Shown here piece by piece: positions 11,947 to 20,689 of a stretch of DNA of 64,000 bases; the stretch's first letter is position 1, and every line of letters begins with the position of its first letter. The translations under genes were made by a program, and so were the position numbers. The notes below the pieces were generated by a model, which did no database searches, was not told the DNA's origin, and saw only the letters and a program-made list of their open reading frames with translations. Source of the stretch: Deinococcales bacterium (GTDB lineage: Bacteria; Deinococcota; Deinococci; Deinococcales; JAAFIG01); NCBI GenBank assembly GCA_043778225.1, contig JAYWGM010000048.1, forward strand, positions 1 to 64,000, given 5' to 3'.

Positions 11947-13605
11947 TTATTGCCTCACCAACAAGCGCAGTTGCTCGAGTCCAGCACGATGACAGTAATC
12001 CCCAAAGCGCTCATGCTCGAGCCGATTGGTCTTAAAATGCTTAAACAGTGGATCGAGGGTTGGAATCATTTCTTCGCGCTTGATGTTGTCCAAAAAGACT
12101 TGCGACAAACGTGTCCCAAGGTGGCTGCCACCTAAGTACAGCGCATAACTGTTGACCCCACGTCCGACCAAACCCACTTCAGCGCTGTATGGTCGGGCGC
12201 AACCATTTGGACAGCCAGTCATACGAATGTGCGGCGCGAGCGTGTCCGACTCGAGGTCATACTGCTCGAGCAAGGTTTGGACTTCGCGGATAAGTTCTGG
12301 CAGGGCGCGTTCGGCTTCGGTAATCGCTAAACCACAAGTTGGAAAAGCTGGGCAAGCCATCGAATGACGCACGACTGGCGCGATAGCTTCTGGCAAGGCA
12401 ATACCATGAGCGCTCAGCAACGCCTCGAGCGCGGCTTTATGCTGCGGCTGGATATGACAAAGCAGCATATTTTGTTGTGGGGTCAGGCGAACCTCAGGGA
12501 CAAATTGCTCGACGGCGCGGCGCAAACCAACTCGAGCTTGGTCTTTGATGCGTCCATTTTCGATAAATAGACCAAGAAACAAGTTGCCATCGCCCTGTTC
12601 ATGCCAGCCCAGATGGTCATCGCCAGACAGCCACTCGAGCGGCTGAGGTGCTGGAAGGCTGACACCAAGCACGGCTTCGACTTTTTGCTTAAAACCAGCA
12701 ATGCCCAAGGCTTCGACCAAATACTTCATACGGCTGTACTTGCGGTCGTCGCGCCGCCCAAAGTCGCGCTGTACTGCCACAATGGCTTTGATCGTCTCGA
12801 GCAGTTGCTCTGGAGCAATGGTCGTCATCGGGTCGCCAAGGCGTGGATGGGTGTCCTTGACGGTGTGTGACTGCCCGAGTCCACCGCCGACAATCAGGGT
12901 AAAGCCCGTCAGCACTTCGCCCGTTAAAACTGGCACAATCCCAACATCTTGGGTGTAGACATCCACACAGTTATCGTTCGGGAAAGCAAAAGCAATCTTA
13001 AATTTACGTGGCAAGTACGATTCTTTATACAACGGCTCTTCTTCTTCAATGCTGGCGGCTTTTTCGCCGTCTAACCAAATTTCAAAATAGGCTCGGGCGC
13101 GTGGTTTTAGGTTGTCGGACAACGAAAGCGCATGAGCCATGATTTGGTCTCGAGCCGCAGACTTAAATGGGGCTGGACACGCCACGATATTTCGCACCAC
13201 ATCACCACACGCCGAAAGCGAAGTCAGGTTGTGGGCTTGCAGGGTTTTAAGCAGTGGCTTTAAGCCACCTTTGAGAACCCCATGGTACTGAATGGCTTGG
13301 CGGGTGGTAATCCGCAGGGTGCTGTTTGCCAATTGGTCTGATATTTGATCAAGCAACAGATATTGTTCTCGAGTCAGCACTCCACCAGCAATCGCCACCC
13401 GAATCATAAACGAATGCAGCGCCCCAAGACCTTGGGCTTTGCGAATTTTTCGTAAGTCACGGTCAGATTGTTGGTAAATGCCATGAAATTTTAAGAGCAG
13501 TTCGCTCGAGTCTATAAAATGGTCTTCTTGGTTCTCGAGTTCGCTTTGCAATGTACCACGCAAATAGTGGCTCTCGAGTTTAACGTGTTCAACTTTACTC
13601 AGCAT
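11947..13605 (-). CDS. cysI: Assimilatory sulfite reductase hemoprotein subunit
   Basis: LKFHGIYQQ, ACGDVVRN, YLPRKFK, CPAFPTCGLA and TGCPNGC siroheme/FeS motifs. Confidence 0.9.
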   Translation of the reverse strand: MLSKVEHVKLESHYLRGTLQSELENQEDHFIDSSELLLKFHGIYQQSDRDLRKIRKAQGLGALHSFMIRVAIAGGVLTREQYLLLDQISDQLANSTLRITTRQAIQYHGVLKGGLKPLLKTLQAHNLTSLSACGDVVRNIVACPAPFKSAARDQIMAHALSLSDNLKPRARAYFEIWLDGEKAASIEEEEPLYKESYLPRKFKIAFAFPNDNCVDVYTQDVGIVPVLTGEVLTGFTLIVGGGLGQSHTVKDTHPRLGDPMTTIAPEQLLETIKAIVAVQRDFGRRDDRKYSRMKYLVEALGIAGFKQKVEAVLGVSLPAPQPLEWLSGDDHLGWHEQGDGNLFLGLFIENGRIKDQARVGLRRAVEQFVPEVRLTPQQNMLLCHIQPQHKAALEALLSAHGIALPEAIAPVVRHSMACPAFPTCGLAITEAERALPELIREVQTLLEQYDLESDTLAPHIRMTGCPNGCARPYSAEVGLVGRGVNSYALYLGGSHLGTRLSQVFLDNIKREEMIPTLDPLFKHFKTNRLEHERFGDYCHRAGLEQLRLLVRQ

Positions 13606-13648
13606 AGTTCCTCAAAAAACCCGCGCCTAAAAGCACAGGTCAAGAATT

Positions 13649-14083
13649 TTAGAATGATTTAGGCTTTAAGCGGTAGGACAGTTGTCGCCATTGAAAGTAC
13701 AAAAAGCAACCGACGCAAATTTTGGTGGTCAGGTTAAGCAGCGCCAACGCCAAAACCAAAAACGCCACAATCCAACCAAGATTGGGGCTACCCAAAACAA
13801 AAAACAAGCTCGAGAGACCTAAAAAAACTGAACCAAGTCCTTGGGCAAAATTGTGTGGACGTGGGTCATCTTGCTCGAGTAGAACTTGGATTTTGAAAGT
13901 CGGTCGAAAGATATGCAGATAAAATTGCTTAAAAAGTGCTAAGCGCGGCTCGAGTGTGCCAAGCAGCATCACCAGACCAACCACGGCAACCAGTGGCGAA
14001 AATTGCAGTAGCCATGCCAGCATAATCAGCCCAACGATGCTGATTTGATTGGCTTTCAGAACGTTAGCGTCAAAAGTCTTCAT
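13649..14083 (-). CDS. DUF4395-family membrane protein
   Basis: PHNFAQGLG and ICVGCFLY motifs. Confidence 0.8.
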   Translation of the reverse strand: MKTFDANVLKANQISIVGLIMLAWLLQFSPLVAVVGLVMLLGTLEPRLALFKQFYLHIFRPTFKIQVLLEQDDPRPHNFAQGLGSVFLGLSSLFFVLGSPNLGWIVAFLVLALALLNLTTKICVGCFLYFQWRQLSYRLKPKSF

Positions 14084-14625
14084 TACCTCTCCCCCATTGA
14101 ATCTAAAGACTCGAGTAAAGCCCTCGAGACTTCGCGCTGGGCGACATCGGATACGATTGCGGCAGTCAATAGAATCCAGTCTGGTACGTTTTGAGCAAGG
14201 AGTTTTATTGGCTGACCTGCAAAAACCTGACCTTCTAACAGCCCATCAAAAATTCTAAACTCGAGTGGCTGAGCTTGGTCGCCGTAAAAAATTTCGCCAC
14301 GCAGGGTTTCTGCTCCCAAAAAAACCACAGCACGTTCGATAAACCGTGACCCCGAAAAACGAATCTCAAGCTGATGGTTACTGACATGGGCGCTGACCAC
14401 CAGGCGCACTGCGCCACTCAAGACTGTACCTAACAGACTATGAACACGCCGCTCGAGCCGCAGATTTTCGGCAAACCACCAACCACCGAGCCGCCCCTCG
14501 AGTTGCTGACCATCCCAAGAAAGTGCGATGTCATAGCGAGCCAGTGGGTCAAGGATTGAACCTTTAATGCGTTGGCGAGTGCGAAGGGTGGAAATGGGTT
14601 GTGTTCCCGTAGCAAATAATTGCAT
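14083..14625 (-). CDS. Hypothetical protein, first gene of the sulfite reductase operon
   Basis: 180-aa ORF with GGAG RBS; TAATG coupling to the DUF4395 gene. Confidence 0.65.
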   Translation of the reverse strand: MQLFATGTQPISTLRTRQRIKGSILDPLARYDIALSWDGQQLEGRLGGWWFAENLRLERRVHSLLGTVLSGAVRLVVSAHVSNHQLEIRFSGSRFIERAVVFLGAETLRGEIFYGDQAQPLEFRIFDGLLEGQVFAGQPIKLLAQNVPDWILLTAAIVSDVAQREVSRALLESLDSMGER

Positions 14626-14659
14626 GGTTTATCTCCGTTTGTGGTGAGGTCGAAAAGTT

Positions 14660-14716
14660 TTAAGCCAAAAAGGTTTCTTGCCAACAACACATTCGCAAAA
14701 AGAAGAGCCGATTCAT
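14660..14716 (-). CDS. Putative leaderless Cys-Cys leader peptide MNRLFFLRMCCWQETFLA
   Basis: ATG lies 6 nt after a TACCAT -10 box; TGT-TGT codons; directly upstream of sulfur assimilation genes. Confidence 0.5.
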   Translation of the reverse strand: MNRLFFLRMCCWQETFLA

Positions 14717-14722
14717 GAAGCT

Positions 14723-14750
14723 ATGGTATATGGTTTACAAAAATTGTCAA
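14723..14750 (-). promoter_or_regulatory. Sigma70-type promoter TTGACA-16nt-TACCAT
   Basis: Consensus -35 and TANNNT -10 read on the minus strand. Confidence 0.65.
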
Positions 14751-14804
14751 GTATTCAAGGCTACCGTCAGTCGGCTCGAGAATGTTAAGAGGCACTTGCG
14801 TAAG

Positions 14805-15980
14805 TCAGCAGCGACGCAGCATCAAGGCTAAACCATTTGCGCCGCCCATACACAAACTGGCAATCCCGATTTCTTTTTGTTGTTGCTCGAGGGTATGCAG
14901 TAAAGTCACGATAATCCGAGCGCCACTGCACCCGATTGGATGCCCCAGAGCAACTGCGCCACCATTGAGGTTGACTTTTTGAGCATCTAGCCCAAGTTCC
15001 TGTATCACCGCCAGCGCCTGAACCGCAAAGGCTTCGTTGAGTTCAAAAATGTCCACATCGGCAAGGCTCATGCGCTGTTGCTCAAGCAATTTTTGAATGG
15101 CTGGCACAGGCGAAAGGGTAAACCATTTTGGCAAAAGACCACTGGTTGCATAGCCAACAATTTCTGCCAGTGGCTTCAAACCGTGCGCTTTGGCAACTTC
15201 TTCGGACATGACCAGCAAAGCGGCTGCACCATCGTTGATACTTGGGGCATTTCCGGCGGTGACTGTACCACCATTGAGAAAAGCCGGGCGGAGTTTGGCT
15301 AGACTTTCTAGGCTCGAGTCGGCTCGCGGTGATTCGTCGGTTTCTATCGTCACCGTACCTTTTTTGGTTTCAAGATACAACGGTTCGATTTCGGCTTTGA
15401 AGCGCCCAGCCGCCATGGCTGCCACGGCTTTTTGCTGCGAATGCAACGCAAATTCATCTTGCTCGGCTCGAGAAAAACCTTTTTCTTTGGCAATAAACTC
15501 AGCCGCATCGCCCATCCGCCAATGCTCGAAGGCACAGGTTAAGCCGTCCAGCATATTGGCATCTTTGAGTTCTTGATGTCCCGCCTTAAAACCTTCTCGA
15601 GCGCCAAACATCAAATAAGGCGCATTGCTCATGGATTCCATACCGCCAGCCACAGCAATCTTAAAATCCCTAGCCCGAATACCCGAAGCCGCGATCATCA
15701 CGGCTTTCATCCCACTGCCGCAAACCACATTGACCGTGGTTGCCCCACTCGAGGGTAACATCCCAGCCTGTAAAGCCGCTTGACGGGCTGGATTTTGTCC
15801 AACGCCGGCTTGTATCACATGACCCATAATCGCTTCTTCAACCAGACTTGGCTCGAGACCCGCCCGAGCCATGGCAGCCCGAATCACGTGCGCCCCAAGT
15901 TGTGGGGCGGATACATCTTTTAATGCGCCTAAAAATCTTCCAATTGGACTGCGAACCGCCGCGACAATCACTGTTTTCAT
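14805..15980 (-). CDS. Acetyl-CoA C-acetyltransferase (thiolase)
   Basis: [20 protein letters not shown] and CMGG motifs; TACAAT-6nt-ATG at 15980. Confidence 0.95.
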   Translation of the reverse strand: MKTVIVAAVRSPIGRFLGALKDVSAPQLGAHVIRAAMARAGLEPSLVEEAIMGHVIQAGVGQNPARQAALQAGMLPSSGATTVNVVCGSGMKAVMIAASGIRARDFKIAVAGGMESMSNAPYLMFGAREGFKAGHQELKDANMLDGLTCAFEHWRMGDAAEFIAKEKGFSRAEQDEFALHSQQKAVAAMAAGRFKAEIEPLYLETKKGTVTIETDESPRADSSLESLAKLRPAFLNGGTVTAGNAPSINDGAAALLVMSEEVAKAHGLKPLAEIVGYATSGLLPKWFTLSPVPAIQKLLEQQRMSLADVDIFELNEAFAVQALAVIQELGLDAQKVNLNGGAVALGHPIGCSGARIIVTLLHTLEQQQKEIGIASLCMGGANGLALMLRRC

Positions 15981-16032
15981 CGGGCTATTGTAGCAAGGAA
16001 ACCATCCCACTTCGAGACTCGTAATGTAGGAC

Positions 16033-16512
16033 ATGACTTGGCTACCCGATGTGCTTTTTATTCTGATTTGGCTTGGCGCTTTGCTGGCGACCTTTATTCC
16101 AATTGTGCCAGCCACGCTGCTGATTTGGGGAGCAGCTTTGGTTCATGCGCTTTTAAGCGGTTTTCAGCCATTGACTTGGGGCTATTTATTTGCGCTTGGT
16201 GTTTTAGCTGCCGCCGCGATGTTGGTGGACAATCTCGCCGCCGCTTGGGGGGCAAAGAAATTTGGTGGCTCGAGTTATGCGGCTTGGGGCGCACTGCTTG
16301 GTGGGTTATTGGGTATTTTTCTTGGACCGATTGGTTTTTTAATTGCGCCGTTTTTAGGGGCAGTGCTGCTCGAGGTGCTGCTCGGCAAAAAATCTTGGCT
16401 CGAGGCTGGCAAAAGTGGTGTGGGGACATTGCTTGGCATACTTGGTGGGGTTGGTGCAAAACTGATTATTCATCTTGCTATGGGTATTTTGGTTTTAAGC
16501 CGCATTCTTTAA
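16033..16512 (+). CDS. DUF456-family membrane protein
   Basis: PIVPA...[16 protein letters not shown]...PFLGA pattern. Confidence 0.85.
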   Translation: MTWLPDVLFILIWLGALLATFIPIVPATLLIWGAALVHALLSGFQPLTWGYLFALGVLAAAAMLVDNLAAAWGAKKFGGSSYAAWGALLGGLLGIFLGPIGFLIAPFLGAVLLEVLLGKKSWLEAGKSGVGTLLGILGGVGAKLIIHLAMGILVLSRIL

Positions 16513-18893
16513 TACTTTGTTCCACCCTCGAGACTTTCGCCATATGGAATCCAGATGTTTTTGACTTGGGTGGCTTCACGCAGGGCTGTTTTTGGCTCGA
16601 GAAGCGCTACGTCCTGCCCCTCGAGATTCCAAGTGCGCTTTAAGTTACTGGCACTGGCTTGCTCAAGCATTTTAGCCTTACTGGTTAGCCAAAGCGCATC
16701 CACATCCATGTGTTCGGCTAACGTTTTGCCAAGGCTGGTCGAATCGCCCGTGATGATGTTGACCACGCCATTTGGCACATCAGAAGTCTCGAGCAAGCTA
16801 TAGAAATCGGTGGCAACCAGAGGATTGATTTGGCTTGGCACAACCACCACCGTATTGCCCAGCGCAATGGCAGGGGCAATCAGAGCGATCAAGCCCAAGA
16901 GCGGTTGGTCATCGGGGCATAAAATACCAATCACACCGATGGCTTCGTTCATGGCTAATGCCACACCACGCATTGGAATGCTATGGACTGCGCCATCGAA
17001 TTTATCTGCCCATGCCGCATAAATAAATAATTTCTCGATTGCCATTTCGACCTCGAGTTTGGCGGCTTCTAGGTTGCCCGACTGGCTCGAGAGGCGTTTT
17101 GCAAAGTCGGATGCTCGAGCCGCTAAATTTTCTGCCAAGTAGTACAAAATTTGCGCTCGGTTGTGGGCGGTGGCGCTCCCCCAACCAGATGCCGCATGAG
17201 CCGCCTCAACTGCATTGCGGATGTCTTTGCGGTTGCCCTCGCTGACTTCGCCCAAAAGCACACCGCTCGAGGAATATATGGCTCTCGAGTAACCAGAATC
17301 TGGGCGAACCTGCTTACCGCCTATAAATAATTTGGGGGTTCGGTCAATCGGGGGCATTGTCAAAGCATCTTGTTGCAGTGTGGGCGAGGCAAGCCTAGCC
17401 CCTAAGGTGGATTTTGGCTTTTGCCTTTCGACTTTTATTGCTTTCAAATACTCGTACATCCCTTCGCGTCCGCCTTCACGACCAAACCCAGATTCTTTGA
17501 CCCCACCAAAGCCAGCCGCCGCATCCATTTGGTTGGTGCAATTGACCCAAACAATCCCAGCTTTGATGCGCGGCGCAACCTCGAGCGCCAAATTGATGTT
17601 TTCTGTCCAGACACTCGAGGCAAGCCCGTAGACCGTATTGTTGGCAAGTCCAATCGCTTCTTCGATGGTACGAAACGGCATCATGACCACGACTGGTCCA
17701 AAAATCTCGAGTTGCGCTACGGTGCTGCTGGGCGAGATGGCACTAAAAACAGTGGGTGGATAAAAATAGCCATTGGTTGGACAAGTCCAAGACGGCTGCC
17801 ACAGGCTCGAGCCTTCGGACACGCCTTGGGCTACCAAACTCGAGACCCGCTCAAATTGCTCGAGGCTGCACAAAGCACCCATATCAATGTTTTTCTCGAG
17901 CGGATTACCAATTCGTAAGGTTTCCATACGGGCGCGGAGTTTAGCAAGCAGCGAATCATGAATGCTTTCGTGAACCAGAATGCGGCTGCCAGCACAACAG
18001 ACTTCGCCTTGGTTAAACCAAATCGCATCCACCACGCCTTCGACCACGCTATCAAGGTCGGCATCATCAAAGACCAAAAACGGCGACTTGCCACCCAACT
18101 CGAGCGAAAGCTTTTTGCCTGTGCCAGCCGTGGCAACACGGATTTGCTTACCAACTTCGGTACTGCCCGTAAAAGCAATTTTATCTACGCCAGCATGATT
18201 AACCAGTGCCTTACCAGTCTCACCATCGCCAGTCACAATGTTCAGGACACCCGCCGGCAACCCAGCCTCGAGTGCAATTTCAGCAAAAAGTAATGCCGTG
18301 AGCGGCGTGAATTCGGCAGGTTTTAGCACCACCGTACAACCTGCTGATAATGCTGGTGCGACTTTCCACGCCAGCATAAGAAGTGGGAAATTCCACGGAA
18401 TAATTTGCCCGACCACACCAGCCGCCTCAAACCCAGAAAATTCGGTCTCGAGCAGTTGCGCCCAACCCGCATGATGATAAAAATGCCGCGCCACAAGTGG
18501 AATATCAATGTCTCGAGTTTCACGGATGGGTTTGCCATTGTCCAGCGTCTCGAGAACCGCAAATAGACGGCTGTGTTTTTGAACCAGCCGCGCCAAAGCA
18601 TACAAGTACCGCGCTCGAGCATGACCAGACAAGGCTTTCCAGGCTGGCAAGGCTTTACGGGCGGCTTTGACGGCTGTGTCCACGTCGCTGCTCGAGCCAG
18701 AGGCAAATTTTGCCAACACGGTTTTGTTGGCAGGGTTAATCGTCTCGAGCGACACTTTGGTTTTGACCCATTTATTGGCAATGAATAAATGAAATGATTT
18801 TTTGTGCGACTCGAGCCACGCCAAGGCTTCGGCAGCAGATTCGGGGGCAGCACCGTACTCGAGGGTATCAAAAATTTGGGCGACAGTTGGCAT
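16509..18893 (-). CDS. Aldehyde dehydrogenase, long two-domain (ALDH16-like) form
   Basis: IIPWNFP, FTGST, LELGGK and NQGEVCCAG motifs plus a second degenerate ALDH domain; AAGGAG RBS. Confidence 0.92.
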   Translation of the reverse strand: MPTVAQIFDTLEYGAAPESAAEALAWLESHKKSFHLFIANKWVKTKVSLETINPANKTVLAKFASGSSSDVDTAVKAARKALPAWKALSGHARARYLYALARLVQKHSRLFAVLETLDNGKPIRETRDIDIPLVARHFYHHAGWAQLLETEFSGFEAAGVVGQIIPWNFPLLMLAWKVAPALSAGCTVVLKPAEFTPLTALLFAEIALEAGLPAGVLNIVTGDGETGKALVNHAGVDKIAFTGSTEVGKQIRVATAGTGKKLSLELGGKSPFLVFDDADLDSVVEGVVDAIWFNQGEVCCAGSRILVHESIHDSLLAKLRARMETLRIGNPLEKNIDMGALCSLEQFERVSSLVAQGVSEGSSLWQPSWTCPTNGYFYPPTVFSAISPSSTVAQLEIFGPVVVMMPFRTIEEAIGLANNTVYGLASSVWTENINLALEVAPRIKAGIVWVNCTNQMDAAAGFGGVKESGFGREGGREGMYEYLKAIKVERQKPKSTLGARLASPTLQQDALTMPPIDRTPKLFIGGKQVRPDSGYSRAIYSSSGVLLGEVSEGNRKDIRNAVEAAHAASGWGSATAHNRAQILYYLAENLAARASDFAKRLSSQSGNLEAAKLEVEMAIEKLFIYAAWADKFDGAVHSIPMRGVALAMNEAIGVIGILCPDDQPLLGLIALIAPAIALGNTVVVVPSQINPLVATDFYSLLETSDVPNGVVNIITGDSTSLGKTLAEHMDVDALWLTSKAKMLEQASASNLKRTWNLEGQDVALLEPKTALREATQVKNIWIPYGESLEGGTKY

Positions 18894-18896
18894 GGG
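18861..18896. repeat. 36-bp direct repeat, copy 1 (ALDH first 11 codons)
   Basis: GAGGGTATCAAAAATTTGGGCGACAGTTGGCATGGG, identical to 20508-20543. Confidence 0.95.
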
Positions 18897-19044
18897 GTAT
18901 TCTCCTTGTATACTTCGTGGTTTTTCAATCTAAGTCTCTACACATTTTTGCTTCATAATTACATAGCCATTACATAAGAACTACTCTTCTAAACAGGTTT
19001 TTTTAACGTATAGATTTATTTTTTCTCTCATCATTACATAGCCT

Positions 19045-20499
19045 TCAGCCCCAAAATGGCAAATAACTCATTTCCTTTTTTGACTTACCCTCAGGATTTG
19101 ATATTTTTACCAAGCCACTCGCGAGTGTCTCTTTGATAATTTTTGAAGCCGACGGATAATTCCGCTCTTCAATCTTAAATCTTTGCCTGACGGTCGCATT
19201 TGTCATTCGTTTTCCACTCACCCATAATAAACTCGCGTGCTGATAACAGGCTCTGATTTTTTCATCTCGAGACATCTCCGACAATGAGCGAGGCGCAAAT
19301 AAAACTGCAATAGTGTTATCCCCAGATACCCGAAAATCAGGTGGAGGCAACTGAAAAAATTCTGCTTGAAAAACAACTTTATCAATACCTGTACCACGCT
19401 CTTCACAAAATTCCATACGCCGCATCAATTTTGCCAACTGCTCATTACGCGAACGGGGAGGTTGGTCTAAAAAGCGATTGGTATCAATCAATGGTATCCC
19501 TGGGTTCACAAATTCGATTCGATCCTCAAATACTTCAGCAGCCACACCAGCCCCCGAAATTGAAAAATCTTGATGAATAAGAGCATTCACCAGTAGCTCT
19601 CGCAACGCCAATTCTGGATATACACTGACTGTTTCACGAAAAACCCGACCAATCTGTTCATTTGATGGTAAATGCTCTTCTATAAACCGCACGGCATCAT
19701 CAATATCTAAGGCATACCCACGCGATTGAATCTGGCGTTCACGAATGGTTTTAACTTTATTGCGTCCTTGATAAACAATAACCCTCAATGCCTTGCGTTC
19801 CAAACGCTTAAACAGCTTTAAATCTCGAGCAAAAAGTATTGCAGCGCAATTGGTAATCGCAAAAACTTCACCTTGTCGAAGCAAAAAACCCTCATCAATA
19901 AGTCTATTCAAAATCAATTCACGTTCGGTTGGCAAAGGCAGTTGCAATCGCTTAAAAAACTCAAAGTAATCAAGCAACCCAAGCACAGCATCGGCTGTTA
20001 AATCAAACAAAGCCACATCAGATTCAAAATGGATGACCCTAAACAAATCCCAAAGCCGACGTTCCTTCTCGGGATAACCGCTCAATTGCGTTAAATTCTC
20101 ACCAATCCGAACAAATTCATCTTTGTTGAATCGAGTAGGCAAACCTCGAGCCGCAGGAATTTCCAGAATAACCACTGCTAAACTCGCTATTTCAAACTCG
20201 AAAAAGCGAAAATCTAAACGTGGGGTCAATCCAATCTGCAACCACAACTCAAGCGCCTGATTACCAACTCGAGCCGTCCGAGGCTGGAAAGAAGTCCCAA
20301 CCACGCGATGCGAACCATCCTCGATACCCCAAACAACATATCCAAAAGGTTGACTTTGCAAAGCGGCTGAATTTGACAAACCCGAAATATACTTTGCAAT
20401 TCGTTCAGGGTCATCATTATTATGCTTAAATTCGAGCCATTCCGTTTCAGATGGAAACGAAAGCAAGTGAATTAATAATTGTTCAAACTGAGACTTCAT
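19045..20499 (-). CDS. Schlafen/AlbA_2 domain ATP-binding protein (AlbA_2 + HATPase_c_4 + wHTH)
   Basis: ETEWLEFK...ISGLSN...GYVVWGIED N-terminus; LRELLVNALIHQD...RN..L....EERGTG. Confidence 0.85.
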   Translation of the reverse strand: MKSQFEQLLIHLLSFPSETEWLEFKHNNDDPERIAKYISGLSNSAALQSQPFGYVVWGIEDGSHRVVGTSFQPRTARVGNQALELWLQIGLTPRLDFRFFEFEIASLAVVILEIPAARGLPTRFNKDEFVRIGENLTQLSGYPEKERRLWDLFRVIHFESDVALFDLTADAVLGLLDYFEFFKRLQLPLPTERELILNRLIDEGFLLRQGEVFAITNCAAILFARDLKLFKRLERKALRVIVYQGRNKVKTIRERQIQSRGYALDIDDAVRFIEEHLPSNEQIGRVFRETVSVYPELALRELLVNALIHQDFSISGAGVAAEVFEDRIEFVNPGIPLIDTNRFLDQPPRSRNEQLAKLMRRMEFCEERGTGIDKVVFQAEFFQLPPPDFRVSGDNTIAVLFAPRSLSEMSRDEKIRACYQHASLLWVSGKRMTNATVRQRFKIEERNYPSASKIIKETLASGLVKISNPEGKSKKEMSYLPFWG

Positions 20500-20507
20500 G
20501 GTCTCTT

Positions 20508-20543
20508 GAGGGTATCAAAAATTTGGGCGACAGTTGGCATGGG
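20508..20543. repeat. 36-bp direct repeat, copy 2; begins the mini-ORF MPTVAQIFDTLKRP* (20496-20540, minus strand)
   Basis: Identical to 18861-18896; mini-ORF stop overlaps the AlbA ATG (ATGA). Confidence 0.9.
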
Positions 20544-20639
20544 CTTAGTTTACTCGAGAAACAGACCTAAAACGCAATTTATCTTTGACCACGAAACCCG
20601 AAACGCAAATTGGTTAGGACGCGCTCAAGCACAAAGAAT

Positions 20640-20678
20640 AAAGCACCACCCTCGAGTATTTGGGGTGGTACTTTTTTT
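20640..20678. terminator. Intrinsic terminator-like hairpin
   Basis: AAAGCACCACCC-loop-GGGGTGGTACTTTTTTT downstream of the lipoprotein gene. Confidence 0.6.
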
Positions 20679-20689
20679 GGTCGTGATAC

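Noticed and set aside
14626..14760. SAM riboswitch upstream of the sulfur genes
   Set aside because: No SAM-I core (ATCxAGAG...GGCAACC...GGTGC) visible; a leader peptide explains the region better.
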